64,000 bases of DNA. Origin: Gammaproteobacteria bacterium (GTDB lineage: Bacteria; Pseudomonadota; Gammaproteobacteria; JAJDOJ01). How positions within the stretch are numbered: the stretch's first letter is position 1; every line of letters starts with the position of its first letter. The stretch spans positions 16,657 through 80,656 of the forward strand of contig JALSSO010000081.1 in NCBI GenBank assembly GCA_026984215.1, read 5' to 3'. A program made the position numbers and the translations under genes. Shown one piece after another: positions 60,483 to 64,000 of this stretch. The notes under the pieces were generated by a model, which was not told the origin of the DNA, searched no databases, and worked only from the letters and a program-made list of their open reading frames with translations.

Positions 60483-61961
60483 CTATTGCTCGGCATCGAC
60501 CAGTTCACCGACGCGCACGATCTTCATGGCGTTGGTGCCTCCGTCGACGCCCATCAGGTCCCCCTTGGTGATGATCACCAGGTCGCCGTCCTCGACCACC
60601 CCGCGCGCCTTGAGCAACTCGATGGCGTCACGGTTGGCCTGGGCATGGCTGGTGTGCACCGTCTTGATGTTGGCCGGATAGACCCCGCGGTAGAGGGTCA
60701 CCTTGCGACTGGTGTGCACATGGCGCGTGAGCGCGTAGATGGGGATGCCCGAGCTGATCCGGGACATCCACAGGGGCGTGGACCCGGACTCGGTCAGCGC
60801 CGCGATGGCCCGCACGCCCAGATGATTGGCGGTATACATGGTGGCCATGGCGATGGCCTCGTCCACGCGCTGGAAACGCGTGTGAATGCGGTGATCCGAG
60901 CGCGTGGCCACCGGCTGGGCCTCGGCGGCCCGGCAGATCCGCCCCATGGCCTTGACCACCTCCACCGGATACTCACCCGAAGCCGTCTCCGCCGAGAGCA
61001 TGACCGCATCGGTGCCGTCCAGCACGGCGTTGGCCACGTCGAAGACCTCCGCGCGCGTGGGGATGGGGCTGTGGATCATGCTCTCCATCATCTGCGTGGC
61101 CGTGATCGCCACGCGGTTGAGCGTGCGGGCCTTGTGGATGAGCCGTTTCTGCACGGCCGGCAGCTCGGCGTCGCCGATCTCCACGCCGAGATCACCGCGC
61201 GCGATCATGATCCCGTCCGAGGCGAGGATGATCTCGTCGACCACCTCCAGCGCCTCGGGTCGCTCGATCTTGGCGATGATCCCGCCGGTGCCGCCCGCCT
61301 GGCGCAGGAGCAGGCGCGCCTCGCGCACGTCCTCGGCGTCCCGCGGGAACGAGACGGCCAGATAGTCCACCCCCAGCTCGGCGGCCAGTTCGATGTCGGC
61401 GCGGTCCTTCTCCGTCAAGGCGGGGGCGGAGAGTCCGCCGCCGAACCGGTTGATGCCCTTGCTGTCGCTCAGCGGGCCGCCCACGCGCACGCGCGTGACG
61501 ATCTCTTCGCGCGAGACCTGCTCCACGTCCAGCACGAGGCGTCCGTCGTCCAGAAGCAGCACGTCCCCCGGCCGCACGTCCTCCGGCAACCGTTGGTAGG
61601 CGATGCCCACCCGCTCCACGGTGCCGGCGTCCGGGGCCAGCCGGGTATCCAGGACGAACGGCTCGCCCTCCTCGAGCACCACGCACCCCTCGGCGAAGCG
61701 CTCGATCCGGATCTTCGGCCCCTGCAGGTCGCCCAGGACTCCGATGTGGCACTGTTGCGCCTCGCAGAACGCGCGCACCCGGCGAACCCGCTCACGGTGT
61801 GCTTCGGGCGTGCCGTGGGAGAAATTGATCCGCACCACGTCGACGCCCGCCGCCAACACCGCCTCCAACACCCCATCGGCATCCGTCGCCGGACCGATGG
61901 TGGCGATGATCTTGGTGCGGCGATGGCCGCGTGCATGTTCCTGGGCGTTCGACTCGGGCAC
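60483..61961 (-). CDS. pyk: Pyruvate kinase
   Basis: ...RRTKIIATIGPATD...NFSHG..., ...MVARGDLGVEI... and the C-terminal allosteric domain. Probable GTG start at 61961 (no in-frame ATG near the conserved N-terminus). Confidence 0.8.
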   Translation of the reverse strand: MPESNAQEHARGHRRTKIIATIGPATDADGVLEAVLAAGVDVVRINFSHGTPEAHRERVRRVRAFCEAQQCHIGVLGDLQGPKIRIERFAEGCVVLEEGEPFVLDTRLAPDAGTVERVGIAYQRLPEDVRPGDVLLLDDGRLVLDVEQVSREEIVTRVRVGGPLSDSKGINRFGGGLSAPALTEKDRADIELAAELGVDYLAVSFPRDAEDVREARLLLRQAGGTGGIIAKIERPEALEVVDEIILASDGIMIARGDLGVEIGDAELPAVQKRLIHKARTLNRVAITATQMMESMIHSPIPTRAEVFDVANAVLDGTDAVMLSAETASGEYPVEVVKAMGRICRAAEAQPVATRSDHRIHTRFQRVDEAIAMATMYTANHLGVRAIAALTESGSTPLWMSRISSGIPIYALTRHVHTSRKVTLYRGVYPANIKTVHTSHAQANRDAIELLKARGVVEDGDLVIITKGDLMGVDGGTNAMKIVRVGELVDAEQ

Positions 61962-61968
61962 GGATCCG

Positions 61969-63168
61969 TCAGGCGGTCTCGCCCGCCGCGGTCGCGGCGC
62001 GCTCCTCGAGGATCGCCACGGCCGGCAGCTTCTTGCCTTCGAGGAACTCCAGGAAGGCGCCGCCGCCGGTGGAGATGTAAGAGATGCGCCCGGCCAGGCC
62101 GTACTTGTCCACGGCCGCCAGGGTGTCTCCGCCCCCGGCGATGGAGAAGGCATCGGATTCGGCGATCGCCTCGCCGACGATCCGGGTCCCTTCACCGAAC
62201 TGGTCGAACTCGAACACACCCAGAGGGCCGTTCCAGACGATGGTCCCCGCCGCCTTCATCATTTCCGCGTACCGGGCGGCGGTCTCGGGGCCGATGTCGA
62301 AGATCATGTCGTCGTCGGCCACCTCGTCCACCTTCTTGATGACCGCCTCGGCCGACTCGGAGAACGCTTTGCCCACCACCACGTCCGTGGGCACGGGGAT
62401 CTCCCCGCCCTTGGCGCGGGCGGCCTCCATCAGGCGCCTGGCCTCGTCCACCAGATCGGGCTCGTACAAGGACTTGCCCACGTTGTAACCGGCTGCGGCG
62501 ATGAAGGTGTTGGCGATGCCGCCGCCGGGAATGAGCTGGTCGACCACCTTGGACAACGATTCCAGCACGGTGAGCTTGGTGGAGACCTTGGATCCGCCCA
62601 CGATGGCCACCATGGGACGGGCCGGATCGTGCAGCGCCTTGCCCAGGGCCTCCAGCTCGGCGGCCAGCAGCGGGCCGGCACAGGCCACCGGGGCGTACTT
62701 GGCCACCCCGTGGGTGGATGCCTGGGCGCGATGGGCGGTGCCGAAGGCGTCCATGACGTACACGTCGCACAGGGCGGCGTACTTGCGGGCCAACGCGTCG
62801 TCGTTCTTCTTCTCGCCCGGGTTGAACCGGACGTTCTCCAGCAGCACCACCTCACCCTCGGCCACCTGCGGCGGGTTGTCGAGATAGTCCTGGATCAGAC
62901 GCACCTGACGACCGAGCAGCTCAGAGAGGTGCTCGGCCACGGGACGCAGTGAGTACTGTTCCTCGTAGACCCCTTCGGTGGGCCGGCCCAGGTGGGACAT
63001 GAGCATCAGGCGCGCGCCCTGCCCGATGGCCTGCTCGATGGTGGGCAGGCTGGCGCGGATCCGCTTGTCGCTCGCGACCTTGCCGTCCTTGATGGGGACA
63101 TTGAGGTCCTCACGGGAAAGCACGCGCTTCCCGGCGAGATCCAGGTCGGTCATTTTGATGATGGACAT
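61969..63168 (-). CDS. pgk: Phosphoglycerate kinase
   Basis: Internal start [25 protein letters not shown] (compare E. coli [16 protein letters not shown]). ATG at 63168. Confidence 0.9.
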   Translation of the reverse strand: MSIIKMTDLDLAGKRVLSREDLNVPIKDGKVASDKRIRASLPTIEQAIGQGARLMLMSHLGRPTEGVYEEQYSLRPVAEHLSELLGRQVRLIQDYLDNPPQVAEGEVVLLENVRFNPGEKKNDDALARKYAALCDVYVMDAFGTAHRAQASTHGVAKYAPVACAGPLLAAELEALGKALHDPARPMVAIVGGSKVSTKLTVLESLSKVVDQLIPGGGIANTFIAAAGYNVGKSLYEPDLVDEARRLMEAARAKGGEIPVPTDVVVGKAFSESAEAVIKKVDEVADDDMIFDIGPETAARYAEMMKAAGTIVWNGPLGVFEFDQFGEGTRIVGEAIAESDAFSIAGGGDTLAAVDKYGLAGRISYISTGGGAFLEFLEGKKLPAVAILEERAATAAGETA

Positions 63169-63268
63169 GGGGGAATTCCTCGGACTTCCGAATGCAGCGC
63201 GATGAGGCGCGACGCCGCCCCTGCCGGATCGCGGCAGGGGCGTTTCGTCCGCCGGGTCGGAACGACGG

Positions 63269-64000
<732 letters not shown>

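Overview
High-GC (about 66-68%) gammaproteobacterial chromosome segment, probably from a Chromatiales/Ectothiorhodospiraceae-like autotroph. It is densely packed with housekeeping operons; I saw no rRNA or tRNA genes, CRISPR arrays, transposases or integrases. In order along the window: the 3' end of a pyruvate dehydrogenase cluster (aceE-aceF and the 5' end of a lipoyl-domain-bearing E3 gene); RNase T; a response regulator with a degenerate GGDEF domain; a yafS-like methyltransferase with rnhA and dnaQ; a PP2C phosphatase/FHA pair; the methionine-salvage genes mtnA and mtaD with ubiG and gph; opgG-opgH; a minimal mercury island (merT-merA with a textbook MerR operator but no merR or merP), then a DUF4010 membrane protein, a decayed metal ABC transporter and PPK2; a carbon-storage and phosphoketolase block (class I aldolase fbaB, a Na+/H+ exchanger-family antiporter translationally coupled to a small protein whose predicted bab-bab topology fits a PII-like fold, alpha-glucan phosphorylase, phosphoketolase); a beta-CASP MBL RNase, a PfkB kinase, a P3-type H+-ATPase, an MFS transporter and a site-2 protease; rpoH preceded by a perfect CIRCE (HrcA) operator; gpmI; tatABC-hisE and hisBHAF-dtd; a small secreted Cys/Met/Lys-rich EGKCG-repeat peptide next to a DUF302 gene; hemB-aroE; a tail-anchored heptad-repeat coiled-coil protein; a gamma-carbonic anhydrase; gor; ubiA; comF; bioB; a cupin; bioD; and a gap-pgk-pyk-fba (class II) cluster running off the 3' edge. 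A roughly 144-bp MITE/REP-like element with terminal inverted repeats is present as two 143/144-identical inverted copies (6320-6463 and 14213-14356) plus a shorter diverged copy (50393-50482). The candidates most worth following up are the EGKCG-repeat signal peptide gene (resembles metallophore or RiPP-precursor-like peptides, but no modifying enzymes are in the window), the CIRCE operator in front of rpoH, the orphan Pmer/merTA module with its AT-rich junction, the antiporter plus small-protein pair, and the mini-inverted-repeat family. All gene calls come from reading the supplied ORF translations against well-known protein families; nothing was searched against a database.
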